From Paragordius varius (taxonomy: Eukaryota > Animalia > Nematomorpha), in the NCBI GenBank assembly GCA_964247055.1, contig OZ176050.1, forward strand, positions 1,302,001-1,366,000: a stretch of 64,000 bases of DNA, written 5' to 3'. Positions 42,001 through 57,400 of this stretch are shown here, piece after piece. The number at the start of each line of letters is the position of its first letter. Position 1 is the stretch's first letter. The translations under genes were made by a program, and so were the position numbers. A model generated the notes under the pieces. The model had not been told where the DNA came from. It saw only the letters and a list, made by a program, of their open reading frames with translations, and made no database searches.

Positions 42001-45000
42001 AAACTTTGTCCTTAAAAATCGAATATTGGTCACCGGTGAACAAAATTATTTTTTATACATTCTCTTAGTAAGACTACATCAAAATATAGAAATAGTTTGA
42101 CTAACTCTTTCATATCCGATTTTTACAACGATACTTTAAAAATTAATGTGTTAAACTAGTCGCATCAATACTCAAATTAAACTTTGTCCTTAAAAATCGG
42201 ATATTGGTCACCGGTGAACAAAATTATTTTTTATATATTCTCTTAGCAAGACTACATCAAAATATAGAGATAGTTTGACAAACTCTTTCATATCCGATTT
42301 TTACAACGATACTTTAAAAATTAATGTATAAAACTAGTCGTATCAATACTCAAGTTAAACTTTGTCCTTAAAAATCGGATATTGGTCACCGGTGAACAAA
42401 ATTAATTTTTATACATTCTCTTAGCAAGACTACATCAAAATATAGAGATAGTTTGACAAACTCTTTCATATCCGATTTTTACAACGATACTTTAAAAATT
42501 AATGTATAAAACTAGTCGCATCAATACTCAAGTTAAACTTTGTCCTTAAAAATCGGATATTGGTCACCGGTGAACAAAATTATTTTTTATACATTCTCTT
42601 AGTAAGACTACATCAAAATATAGAAATAGTTTGACTAACTCTTTCATATCCGATTTTTACAACGATACTTAAAAATTAATGTATAAAACTAGTCGTATCA
42701 ATAAATCGCATCAATACTTAAGTTAAACTTTGTCCTTAAAAATCGGATATTGGTCACCGCTGAACAAAATTATTATTTATACATTCTCTTAGTAAGACTA
42801 CATCAAAATATAGAAATAGTTTGACAAACTCTTTCATATCCGATTTTTACAACGATACTTTAAAAATTAATGTGTTAAACTAGTCGTATCAATACTCAAA
42901 TTAAACTTTGTCCTTAAAAATCGGATATTGGTCACCGGTGAACAAAATAATTTTTTATATATTTTCTTAGCAAGACTACATCAAAATATAGAGATAGTTT
43001 GACAAACGCTTTCATATCCGATTTTTACAACGATACTTTAAAAATTAATGTATAAAACTAGTCGTATCAATAAATCGCATCAATACTCAAGTTAAACTTT
43101 GTCCTTAAAAATAGGATATTGGTCACCGGTGAACAAAATTATTTTTTATACATTCTCTTAGTAGGACTACATCAAAATATAGAGATAGTTTGGCAAACTC
43201 TTTCATATCCGATTTTTACAACGATACTTTAAAAATTAATGTATAAAACTAGTCGAATCAATATTCAAGTTAAACTTTGTCCTTAAAAATCGAATATTGG
43301 TCACCGGTGAACAAAATTATTTTTTATACATTCTCTTAGTAAGACTACATCAAAATATAGAGATAGTTTGACAAACTCTTTCATATCCGATTTTTACAAC
43401 GATACTTAAAAAATTAATGTGTTAAACTAGTCGCATCAATACTCAAGTTAAACTTTGTCCTTAAAAATCGGATATTGGTCACCGGTGAACAAAATTAATT
43501 TTTATACATTCTCTTAGCAAGACTACATCAAAATATAGAGATAGTTTGACAAACTCTTTCATATCCGATTTTTACAACGATACTTAATTAATGTATAAAA
43601 CTAGTCGCATCAATACTCAAGTTAAACTTTGTCCTTAAAAATCGAATATTGGTCACCGGTGAACAAAATTATTTTTTATACATTCTCTTAGTAAGACTAC
43701 ATCAAAATATAGAAATAGTTTGACTAACTCTTTCATATCCGATTTTTACAACGATACTTTAAAAATTAATGTGTTAAACTAGTCGCATCAATACTCAAAT
43801 TAAACTTTGTCCTTAAAATCGGATATTGGTCACCGGTGAACAAAATTATTTTTTATATATTCTCTTAGCAAGACTACATCAAAATATAGAGATAGTTTGA
43901 CAAACTCTTTCATATCCGATTTTTACAACGATACTTTAAAAATTAATGTATAAAACTAGTCGTATCAATACTCAAGTTAAACTTTGTCCTTAAAAATCGG
44001 ATATTGGTCACCGGTGAACAAAATTAATTTTTATACATTCTCTTAGCAAGACTACATCAAAATATAGAGATAGTTTGACAAACTCTTTCATATCCGATTT
44101 TTACAACGATACTTTAAAAATTAATGTATAAAACTAGTCGCATCAATACTCAAGTTAAACTTTGTCCTTAAAAATCGGATATTGGTCACCGGTGAACAAA
44201 ATTATTTTTTATACATTCTCTTAGTAAGACTACATCAAAATATAGAAATAGTTTGACTAACTCTTTCATATCCGATTTTTACAACGATACTTTAAAAATT
44301 AATGTGTTAAACTAGTCGCATCAATACTCAAGTTAAACTTTGTCTTAAAAATCGGATATTGGTCACCGGTGAACAAAATTATTTTTTATATATTCTCTTA
44401 GTAAGACTACATCAAAATATAGAGATAGTTTGACAAACTCGTTCATATCCGATTTTTACAACGATACTTTAAAAATTAATGTATTAAACTAGTCGCATCA
44501 ATACTCAAGTTAAACTTTGTCCTTAAAAATCGGATATTGGTCACCGGTCAAAATAATTTTTTATACATTCTCTTAGTAAGACTACAGCAAAATATAGATT
44601 TAGTTTGACAAACTCTTTCATATCCGATTTTTACAACGATACTTTAAAAATTAATGTATTAAACTAGTCGCATCAATACTCAAGTTAAACTTTGTCCTTA
44701 AAAATCGGATATTGGTCACCGGTGAACAAAATTATTTTTTTTGCACTCTTAGCAAGACTACATCAAAATATAGAGATAGTTTGACAAACACTTTCATATC
44801 CGATTTTTACAACGATACTTTAAAAATTAATGTATAAAACTAGTCATATCAATAAATCGCATCAATACTCAAGTTAAACTTTGTCCTTAAAAATCGGATA
44901 TTGGTCACCGGTGAACAAAATTATTTTTTATACATTCTCTTAGTAGGACTACATCAAAATATAGAGATAGTTTGGCAAACTCTTTCATATCCGATTTTTA

Positions 45001-48000
45001 CAACGATACTTTAAAAATTAATGTATAAAACTAGTCGCATCAATATTCAAGTTAAACTTGGTCCTTAAAAATCGAATATTGGTCACCGGTGAACAAAATT
45101 ATTTTTTATACATTCTCTTAGTAAGACTACATCAAAATATAGAAATAGTTTGACTAACTCTTTCATATCCGATTTTCACAACGATACTTTAAAAATTAAT
45201 GTGTTAAACTAGTCGCATCAATACTCAAATTAAACTTTGTCCTTAAAAATCGGATATTGGTCACCGGTGAACAAAATTATTTTTTATATATTCTCTTAGC
45301 AAGACTACATCAAAATATAGAGATAGTTTGGCAAACTCTTTCATATCCGATTTTTACAACGATACTTAATTAATGTATAAAACTAGTCGCATCAATACTC
45401 AAGTTAAACTTTGTCCTTAAAAATCGAATATTGGTCACCGGTGAACAAAATTATTTTTTATACATTCTCTTAGCAAGACTACATCAAAATATAGAGATAG
45501 TTTGACAAACTCTTTCATATCCGATTTTTACAACGATACTTTAAAAATTAATGTATAAAACTAGTCGCATCAATACTCAAGTTAAACTTTGTCCTTAAAA
45601 ATCGGATATTGGTCACCGGTGAACAAAATTATTTTTTATACATTCTCTTAGTAAGACTACATCAAAATATAGAAATAGTTTGACTAACTCTTTCATATCC
45701 GATTTTTACAACGATACTTTAAAAATTAATGTGTTAAACTAGTCGCATCAATACTCAAGTTAAACTTTGTCTTAAAAATCGGATATTGGTCACCGGTGAA
45801 CAAAATTATTTTTTATATATTCTCTTAGTTAGACTACATCAAAATATAGAGATAGTTTGACAAACTCTTTCATATCCGATTTTTACAACGATACTTTAAA
45901 AATTAATGTATTAAACTAGTCGCATCAATACTCAAGTTAAACTTTGTCCTTAAAAATCGGATATTGGTCACCGGTCAAAATAATTTTTTATACATTCTCT
46001 TAGTAAGACTACAGCAAAATATAGATTTAGTTTGACAAACTCTTTCATATCCGATTTTTACAACGATACTTTAAAAATTAATGTATTAAACTAGTCGCAT
46101 CAATACTCAAGTTAAACTTTGTCCTTAAAAATCGGATATTGGTCACCGGTGAACAAAATTATTTTTTTTGCACTCTTAGCAAGACTACATCAAAATATAG
46201 AGATAGTTTGACAAACGCTTTCATATCCGATTTTTACAACGATACTTTAAAAATTAATGTATAAAACTAGTCATATCAATAAATCGCATCAATACTCAAG
46301 TTAAACTTTGTCCTTAAAAATCGGATATTGGTCACCGGTGAACAAAATTATTTTTTATACATTCTCTTAGTAGGACTACATCAAAATATAGAGATAGTTT
46401 GGCAAACTCTTTCATATCCGATTTTTACAACGATACTTTAAAAATTAATGTATAAAACTAGTCGCATCAATATTCAAGTTAAACTTGGTCCTTAAAAATC
46501 GAATATTGGTCACCGGTGAACAAAATTATTTTTTATACATTCTCTTAGTAAGACTACATCAAAATATAGAAATAGTTTGACTAACTCTTTCATATCCGAT
46601 TTTTACAACGATACTTTAAAAATTAATGTGTTAAACTAGTCGCATCAATACTCAAATTAAACTTTGTCCTTAAAAATCGGATATTGGTCACCGGTGAACA
46701 AAATTATTTTTTATATATTCTCTTAGCAAGACTACATCAAAATATAGAGATAGTTTGGCAAACTCTTTCATATCCGATTTTTACAACGATACTTAATTAA
46801 TGTATAAAACTAGTCGCATCAATACTCAAGTTAAACTTTGTCCTTAAAAATCGAATATTGGTCACCGGTGAACAAAATTATTTTTTATACATTCTCTTAG
46901 TAAGACTACATCAAAATATAGAAATAGTTTGACTAACTCTTTCATATCCGATTTTTACAACGATACTTTAAAAATTAATGTGTTAAACTAGTCGCATCAA
47001 TACTCAAATTAAACTTTGTCCTTAAAAATCGGATATTGGTCACCGGTGAACAAAATTATTTTTTATATATTCTCTTAGCAAGACTACATCAAAATATAGA
47101 GATAGTTTGGCAAACTCTTTCATATCCGATTTTTACAACGATACTTTAAAAATTAATGTATAAAATTAGTCGAATCAATATTCAAGTTAAACTTTGTCCT
47201 TAAAAATCGAATATTGGTCACCGGTGAACAAAATTATTTTTTATACATTCTCTTAGTAAGACTACATCAAAATATAGAGATAGTTTGACAAACTCTTTCA
47301 TATCCGATTTTTACAACGATACTTTAAAAATTAATGTGTTAAACTAGTCGCATCAATACTCAAGTTAAACTTTGTCCTTAAAAATCGGATATTGGTCACC
47401 GGTGAACAAAATTAATTTTTATACATTCACTTAGCAAGACTACATCAAAATATAGAAATAGTTTGACAAACTCTTTCATATCCGATTTTTACAACGATAC
47501 TTTAAAAATTAATGTGTTAAACTAGTCGCATCAATACTCAAATTAAACTTTGTCCTTAAAGATCGGATATTGGTTACCGGTGAACAAAATTATTTTTTAT
47601 ATATTCTCTTAGCAAGACTACATCAAAATATAGAGATAGTTTGACAAACTCTTTCATATCCGATTTTTACAACGATACTTTAAAAATTAATGTGTTAAAC
47701 TAGTCGCATCAATACTCAAATTAAACTTTGTCCTTAAAAATCGGATATTGGTCACCGGTGAACAAAATTATTTTTTATATATTCTCTTAGCAAGACTACA
47801 TCAAAATATAGAGATAGTTTGGCAAACTCTTTCATATCCGATTTTTACAACGATACTTTAAAAATTAATGTATAAAACTAGTCGAATCAATATTCAAGTT
47901 AAACTTTGTCCTTAAAAATCGAATATTGGTCACCGGTGAACAAAATAATTTTTTATACATTCTCTTAGTAAGACTACATCAAAATATAGAGATAGTTTGA

Positions 48001-49091
48001 CAAACTCTTTCATATCCGATTTTTACAACGATACTTTAAAAATTAATGTGTTAAACTAGTCGCATCAATACTCAAGTTAAACTTTGTCCTTAAAAATCGG
48101 ATATTGGTCACCGGTGAACAAAATTAATTTTTATACATTCTCTTAGCAAGACTACATCAAGTTTGACAAACTCTTTCATATCCGATTTTTACAACGATAC
48201 TTTAAAAATTAATGTGTTAAACTAGTCGCATCAATACTCAAATTAAACTTTGTCCTTAAAAATCGGATATTGGTCACCGGTGAACAAAATTATTTTTTAT
48301 ATATTCTCTTAGCAAGACTACATCAAAATATAGAGATAGTTTGACAAACTCTTTCATATCCGATTTTTACAACGATACTTTAAAAATTAATGTATAAAAC
48401 TAGTCGCATCAATATTCAAGTTAAACTTTGTCCTTAAAAATCGAATATTGGTCACCGGTGAACAAAATTATTTTTATACATTCTCTTAGTAAGACTACAT
48501 CAAAATATAGAGATAGTTTGACAAACTCTTTCATATCCGATTTTTACAACGATATTTTAAAAATTAATGTGTTAAACTAGTCGCATCAATACTCAAGTTA
48601 AACTTTGTCCTTAAAAATCGGATATTGGTCACCGGTGAACAAAATTAATTTTTATACATTCTCTTAGCAAGACTACATCAAAATATAGAGATAGTTTGAC
48701 AAACTCTTTCATATCCGATTTTTACAACGATACTTTAAAAATTAATGTATAAAACTAGTCGCATCAATATTCAAGTTAAACTTTGTCCTTAAAAATCGCA
48801 TATTGGTCACCGGTGAACAAAATTATTTTTTATACATTCTCTTAGTAAGACTACATCAAAATATAGAAATAGTTTGACTAACTCTTTCATATCCGATTTT
48901 TACAACGATACTTTAAAAATTAATGTGTTAAACTAGTCGCATCAATACTCAAATTAAACTTTGTCCTTAAAAATCGGATATTGGTCACCGGTGAACAAAA
49001 TTAATTTTTATACATTCTCTTAGCAAGACTACATCAAAATATAGAGATAGTTTGACAAACTCTTTCATATCCGATTTTTACAACGATACTT
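34696..49091. repeat. Near-identical direct tandem duplication, period 7,129 bp (~40 monomers)
   Basis: Private variants recur at exactly +7129: ATAGGAT 35983/43112, CATTCAC 40300/47429, GGTTACC 40445/47574, 12-bp deletion CATCAAGTTTG 41032/48161, AATCGCATATT 41670/48799. Only two differences spotted (~36339, ~45177). Confidence 0.93.
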
Positions 49092-50419
49092 TAAAAATTA
49101 ATGTAAAAAACTAGTCGCATCAATACTCAAGTTAAACTTTGTCCTTAAAAATCGCATATTGGTCACCGGTGAACAAAATTATTTTTTATACATTCTCTTA
49201 GCAAGACTACATCAAAATATAGAGATAGTTTGACAAACTCTTTCATATCCGATTTTTACAAAGATACTTTAAAAATTAATGTATAAAACTAGTCGTATCA
49301 ATAAATCGCATCAATACTCAAGTTAAACTTTGTCTTAAAAATCGGATATTGGTCACCGGTGAACAAAATTATTTTTTATATATTCTCTTAGTAAGACTAC
49401 ATCAAAATATAGAGATAGTTTGACAAACTCTTTCATATCCGATTTTTACAACGATACTTTAAAAATCAATGTGTTAAACTAGTCGCATCAATACTCAAGT
49501 TAAACTTTGTCCTTAAAAATCGGATATTGGTCACCGGTGAACAAAATTAATTTTTATACATTCTCTTAGCAAGACTACATCAAAATATAGAGATAGTTTG
49601 ACAAACTCTTTCATATCCGATTTTTACAACGATACTTTAAAAATTAATGTATTAAACTAGTCGCATCAATACTCAAGTTAAACTTTGTCCTTAAAAATCG
49701 GATATTGGTCACCGGTGAACAAAATTATTTTTTTTGCACTCTTAGCAAGACTACATCAAAATATAGAGATAGTTTGACAAACGCTTTTATATCCGATTTT
49801 TACAACGATACTTTAAAAATTAATGTATAAAACTAGTCGTATCAATAAATCGCATCAATACTCAAGTTAAACTTTGTCCTTAAAAATCGCATATTGGTCA
49901 CCGGTGAACAAAATTATTTTTTATACATTCTCTTAGCAAGACTACATCAAAATATAGAGATAGTTTGACAAACTCTTTCATATCCGATTTTTACAACGAT
50001 ACTTTAAAAATTAATGTATAAAACTAGTCGTATCAATAAATCGCATCAATACTCAAGTTAAACTTTGTCTTAAAAATCGGATATTGGTCACCGGTGAACA
50101 AAATTATTTTTTATATATTCTCTTAGTAGGACTACATCAAAATATAGAGATAGTTTGGCAAACTCTTTCATATCCGATTTTTACAACGATACTTTAAAAA
50201 TTAATGTATAAAACTAGTCGCATCAATATTCAAGTTAAACTTGGTCCTTAAAAATCGAATATTGGTCACCGGTGAACAAAATTATTTTTTATACATTCTC
50301 TTAGTAAGACTACATCAAAATATAGAGATAGTTTGACAAACCCTTTCATATCCGATTTTTACAACGATACTTTAAAAATTAATGTGTTAAACTAGTCGCA
50401 TCAATACTCAAGTTAAACT

Positions 50420-52470
50420 TTGTCCTTAAAAATCGGATATTGGTCACCGATGAACAAAATTAATTTTTATACATTCTCTTAGCAAGACTACATCAAAATA
50501 TAGAGATAGTTTGACAAACTCTTTCATATCCGATTTTTACAACGATACTTTAAAAATTAATGTATAAAACTAGTCGCATCAATACTCAAGTTAAACTTTG
50601 TCCTTAAAAATCGGATATTGGTCACCGGTGAACAAAATTATTTTTTATACATTCTCTTAGTAAGACTACATCAAATATAGCAATAGTTTGACAAACTCTT
50701 TCATATCCGATTTTTACAACGATACTTTAAAAATTAATGTGTTAAACTAGTCGCATCAATACTCAAATTAAACTTTGTCCTTAAAAATCGGATATTGGTC
50801 ACCGGTGAACAAAATTATTTTTTATATATTCTCTTAGCAAGACTACATCAAAATATAGAGATAGTTTGACAAACTCTTTCATATCCGATTTTTACAACGA
50901 TACTTTAAAAATTAATGTATAAAACTTGTCGTATCAATAAATCGCATCAATACTCAAGTTAAACTTTGTCCTTAAAAATCGGATATTGGTCACCGGTGAA
51001 CAAAATTATTTTTTATACATTCTCTTAGTAAGACTACATCAAAATATAGAGATAGTTTGACAAACTCTTTCATATCCGATTTTTACAACGATACTTTAAA
51101 AATTAATGTATTAAACTAGTCGCATCAATACTCAAGTTAAACTTTGTCCTTAAAAATCGGATATTGGTCACCGGTGAACAAAATAATTTTTTATACATTC
51201 TCTTAGTAAGACTACATCAAATATAGCAATAGTTTGACAAACTCTTTCATATCCGATTTTTACAACGATACTTTAAAAATTAATGTGTTAAACTAGTCGC
51301 ATCAATACTCAAATTAAACTTTGTCCTTAAAAATCGGATATTGGTCACCGGTGAACAAAATTATTTTTTATACATTCTCTTAGTAAGACTACATCAAATA
51401 TAGCAATAGTTTGACAAACTCTTTCATATCCGATTTTTACAACGATACTTTAAAAATTAATGTGTTAAACTAGTCGCATCAATACTCAAATTAAACTTTG
51501 TCCTTAAAAATCGGATATTGGTCACCGGTGAACAAAATTATTTTTTATATATTCTCTTAGCAAGACTACATCAAAATATAGAGATAGTTTGACAAACTCT
51601 TTCATATCCGATTTTTACAACGATACTTTAAAAATTAATGTATAAAACTTGTCGTATCAATAAATCGCATCAATACTCAAGTTAAACTTTGTCCTTAAAA
51701 ATCGGATATTGGTCACCGATGAACAAAATTAATTTTTATACATTCTCTTAGCAAGACTACATCAAAATATAGAGATAGTTTGACAAACTCTTTCATATCC
51801 GATTTTTACAACGATACTTTAAAAATTAATGTATAAAACTAGTCGCATCAATACTCAAGTTAAACTTTGTCCTTAAAAATCGGATATTGGTCACCGGTGA
51901 ACAAAATTATTTTTTATACATTCTCTTAGTAAGACTACATCAAATATAGCAATAGTTTGACAAACTCTTTCATATCCGATTTTTACAACGATACTTTAAA
52001 AATTAATGTGTTAAACTAGTCGCATCAATACTCAAATTAAACTTTGTCCTTAAAAATCGGATATTGGTCACCGGTGAACAAAATTATTTTTTATATATTC
52101 TCTTAGCAAGACTACATCAAAATATAGAGATAGTTTGACAAACTCTTTCATATCCGATTTTTACAACGATACTTTAAAAATTAATGTATAAAACTTGTCG
52201 TATCAATAAATCGCATCAATACTCAAGTTAAACTTTGTCCTTAAAAATCGGATATTGGTCACCGGTGAACAAAATTATTTTTTATACATTCTCTTAGTAA
52301 GACTACATCAAAATATAGAGATAGTTTGACAAACTCTTTCATATCCGATTTTTACAACGATACTTTAAAAATTAATGTATTAAACTAGTCGCATCAATAC
52401 TCAAGTTAAACTTTGTCCTTAAAAATCGGATATTGGTCACCGGTGAACAAAATAATTTTTTATACATTCT
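50420..52470. repeat. Local 7-monomer duplication (offset 1,269 bp) with a 546-bp trimer sub-period
   Basis: CACCGATG at 50450/51719. TATAGCAATAG at 50681, 51227, 51404, 51950 (spacing 546, 177, 546). Confidence 0.82.
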
Positions 52471-54419
52471 CTTAGTAAGACTACAGCAAAATATAGATTT
52501 AGTTTGACAAACTCTTTCATATCCGATTTTTACAACGATACTTTAAAATTAATGTATTAAACTAGTCGCATCAATACTCAAGTTAAACTTTGTCCTTAAA
52601 AATCGGATATTGGTCACCGGTCAAAATAATTTTTTATACATTCTCTTAGTAAGACTACAGCAAAATATAGATTTAGTTTGACAAACTCTTTCATATCCGA
52701 TTTTTACAACGATACTTTAAAAATTAATGTATTAAACTAGTCGCATCAATACTCAAGTTAAACTTTGTCCTTAAAAATCGGATATTGGTCACCGGTGAAC
52801 AAAATAATTTTTTATACATTCTCTTAGTAAGACTACAGCAAAATATAGATTTAGTTTGACAAACTCTTTCATATCCGATTTTTACAACGATACTTTAAAA
52901 ATTAATGTATAAAACTAGTCGTATCAATAAATCGCATCAATACTCAAATTAAACTTTGTCCTTAAAAATCGGATATTGGTCACCGGTGAACAAAATTATT
53001 TTTTATACATTCTCTTAGCAAGACTACATCAAAATATAGAGATAGTTTGACAAACTCTTTCATATCCGATTTTTACAACGATACTTAAAAAATTAATGTA
53101 TAAAACTAGTCGCATCAATACTCAAGTTAAACTTTGTCCTTAAAAATCGGATATTGATCACCGGTGAACAAAATTATTTTTTATACATTCTCTTAGTAAG
53201 ACTACATCAAATTATAGAGATAGTTTGACAAACTCTTTCATATCCGATTTTTACAACGATACTTTAAAAATTAATGTATTAAACTAGTCGCATCAATACT
53301 CAAGTTAAACTTTGTCCTTAAAAATCGGATATTGGTCACCGGTGAACAAAATAATTTTTTATACATTCTCTTAGTAAGACTACAGCAAAATATAGATTTA
53401 GTTTGACAAACTCTTTCATATCCGATTTTTACAACGATACTTTAAAATTAATGTATTAAACTAGTCGCATCAATACTCAAGTTAAACTTTGTCCTTAAAA
53501 ATCGGATATTGGTCACCGGTCAAAATAATTTTTTATACATTCTCTTAGTAAGACTACAGCAAAATATAGATTTAGTTTGACAAACTCTTTCATATCCGAT
53601 TTTTACAACGATACTTTAAAAATTAATGTATTAAACTAGTCGCATCAATACTCAAGTTAAACTTTGTCCTTAAAAATCGGATATTGGTCACCGGTGAACA
53701 AAATAATTTTTTATACATTCTCTTAGTAAGACTACAGCAAAATATAGATTTAGTTTGACAAACTCTTTCATATCCGATTTTTACAACGATACTTTAAAAA
53801 TTAATGTATAAAACTAGTCGTATCAATAAATCGCATCAATACTCAAATTAAACTTTGTCCTTAAAAATCGGATATTGGTCACCGGTGAACAAAATTATTT
53901 TTTATACATTCTCTTAGCAAGACTACATCAAAATATAGAGATAGTTTGACAAACTCTTTCATATCCGATTTTTACAACGATACTTAAAAAATTAATGTAT
54001 AAAACTAGTCGCATCAATACTCAAGTTAAACTTTGTCCTTAAAAATCGGATATTGATCACCGGTGAACAAAATTATTTTTTATACATTCTCTTAGTAAGA
54101 CTACATCAAATTATAGAGATAGTTTGACAAACTCTTTCATATCCGATTTTTACAACGATACTTTAAAAATTAATGTATTAAACTAGTCGCATCAATACTC
54201 AAGTTAAACTTTGTCCTTAAAAATCGGATATTGGTCACCGGTGAACAAAATAATTTTTTATACATTCTCTTAGTAAGACTACAGCAAAATATAGATTTAG
54301 TTTGACAAACTCTTTCATATCCGATTTTTACAACGATACTTTAAAATTAATGTATTAAACTAGTCGCATCAATACTCAAGTTAAACTTTGTCCTTAAAAA
54401 TCGGATATTGGTCACCGGT
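52315..54419. repeat. 5-monomer tandem repeat, period 899 bp
   Basis: GGTCAAAA at 52622/53521. TATTGATCACC at 53157/54056. The match ends at 53521 C vs 54420 G. Confidence 0.88.
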
Positions 54420-57400
54420 GAACAAAATAATTTTTTATACATTCTCTTAGTAAGACTACAGCAAAATATAGAGATAGTTTGACAAACTCTTTCATATCCG
54501 ATTTTTACAACGATACTTTAAAAATTAATGTATAAAACTTGTCGTATCAATAAATCGCATCAATACTCAAGTTAAACTTTGTCCTTAAAAATCGGATATT
54601 GGTCACCGGTGAACAAAATTATTTTTTATACATTCTCTTAGTAGGACTACATCAAAATATAGAGATAGTTTGGCAAACTCTTTCATATCCGATTTTTACA
54701 ACGATACTTTAAAAATTAATGTATAAAACTAGTCGCATCAATATTCAAGTTAAACTTGGTCCTTAAAAATCGAATATTGGTCACCGGTGAACAAAATAAT
54801 TTTTTATACATTCTCTTAGTAAGACTACATCAAAATATAGAGATAGTTTGACAAACTCTTTCATATCCGATTTATACAACGATACTTTAAAAATTAATGT
54901 GTTAAACTAGTCGCATCAATACTCAAGTTAAACTTTGTCCTTAAAAATCGGATATTGGTCACCGATGAACAAAATTAATTTTTATACATTCTCTTAGCAA
55001 GACTACATCAAAATATAGAGATAGTTTGACAAACTCTTTCATATCCGATTTCTACAACGATACTTTAAAAATTAATGTATAAAACTTGTCGTATCAATAA
55101 ATCGCATCAATACTCAAGTTAAACTTTGTCCTTAAAAATCGGATATTGGTCACCGGTGAACAAAATTATTTTTTATTCATTCTCTTAGTAAGACTACATC
55201 AAAATATAGAGATAGTTTGACAAACTCTTTCATATCCGATTTTTACAACGATACTTTAAAAATTAATGTATTAAACTAGTCGCATAAATACTCAAGTTAA
55301 ACTTTGTCCTTAAAAATCGGATATTGGTCACCGGTGAACAAAATAATTTTTTATACATTCTCTTAGTAAGACTACAGCAAAATATAGATTTAGTTTGACA
55401 AACTCTTTCATATCCGATTTTTACAACGATACTTTAAAATTAATGTATTAAACTAGTCGCATCAATACTCAAGTTAAACTTTGTCCTTAAAAATCGGATA
55501 TTGGTCACCGGTCAAAATAATTTTTTATACATTATCTTAGTAATACTACAGCAAAATAGAGATTTAGTTTGACAAACTCTTTCATATCCGATTTTTACAA
55601 CGATACTTTAAAAATTAATGTATTAAACTAGTCGCATCAATACTCAAGTTAAACTTTGTCCTTAAAAATCGGATATTGGTCACCGGTGAACAAAATTATT
55701 TTTTTTGCATTCTCTTAGCAAGACTACATCAAAATATAGAGATAGTTTGACAAACTCTTTCATATCCGATTTTTACAACGATACTTTAAAATTAATGTAT
55801 TAAACTAGTCGCATCAATACTCAAGTTAAACTTTGTCCTTAAAAATCGGATATTGGTCACCGGTCAAAATAATTTTTTATACATTCTCTTAGTAAGACTA
55901 CAGCAAAATATAGATTTAGTTTGACAAACTCTTTCATATCCGATTTTTACAACGATACTTTAAAAATTAATGTATTAAACTAGTCGCATCAATACTCAAG
56001 TTAAACTTTGTCCTTAAAAATCGGATATTGGTCACCGGTGAACAAAATAATTTTTTATACATTCTCTTAGTAAGACTACAGCAAAATATAGATTTAGTTT
56101 GACAAACTCTTTCATATCCGATTTTTACAACGATACTTTAAAAATTAATGTATAAAACTAGTCGTATCAATAAATCGCATCAATACTCAAATTAAACTTT
56201 GTCCTTAAAAATCGGATATTGGTCACCGGTGAAATTTATTTTTTATACATTCTCTTAGCAAGACTACATCAAAATATAGAGATAGTTTGACAAACTCTTT
56301 CATATCCGATTTTTACAACGATACTTTAAAAATTAATGTATTAAACTAGTCGCATCAATACTCAAGTTAAACTTTGTCCTTAAAAATCGGATATTGGTCA
56401 CCGGTGAACAAAATAAATTTTTATACATTCTCTTAGTAAGACTACAGCAAAATATAGATTTAGTTTGACAAACTCTTTCATATCCGATTTTTACAACGAT
56501 ACTTTAAAATTAATGTATTAAACTAGTCGCATCAATACTCAAGTTAAACTTTGTCCTTAAAAATCGGATATTGGTCACCGGTGAACAAAATAATTTTTTA
56601 TACATTCTCTTAGTAAGACTACAGCAAAATATAGAGATAGTTTGACAAACTCTTTCATATCCGATTTTTACAACGATACTTTAAAAATTAATGTATAAAA
56701 CTTGTCGTATCAATAAATCGCATCAATACTCAAGTTAAACTTTGTCCTTAAAAATCGGATATTGGTCACCGGTGAACAAAATTATTTTTTATACATTCTC
56801 TTAGTAGGACTACATCAAAATATAGAGATAGTTTGGCAAACTCTTTCATATCCGATTTTTACAACGATACTTTAAAAATTAATGTATAAAACTAGTCGCA
56901 TCAATATTCAAGTTAAACTTGGTCCTTAAAAATCGAATATTGGTCACCGGTGAACAAAATAATTTTTTATACATTCTCTTAGTAAGACTACATCAAAATA
57001 TAGAGATAGTTTGACAAACTCTTTCATATCCGATTTTTACAACGATACTTTAAAAATTAATGTGTTAAACTAGTCGCATCAATACTCAAGTTAAACTTTG
57101 TCCTTAAAAATCGGATATTGGTCACCGATGAACAAAATTAATTTTTATACATTCTCTTAGCAAGACTACATCAAAATATAGAAATAGTTTGACAAACTCT
57201 TTCATATCCGATTTTTACAACGATACTTTAAAAATTAATGTATAAAACTTGTCGTATCAATAAATCGCATCAATACTCAAGTTAAACTTTGTCCTTAAAA
57301 ATCGGATATTGGTCACCGGTGAACAAAATTATTTTTTATACATTCTCTTAGTCAGACTACATCAAAATATAGAGATAGTTTGACAAACTCTTTCATATCC

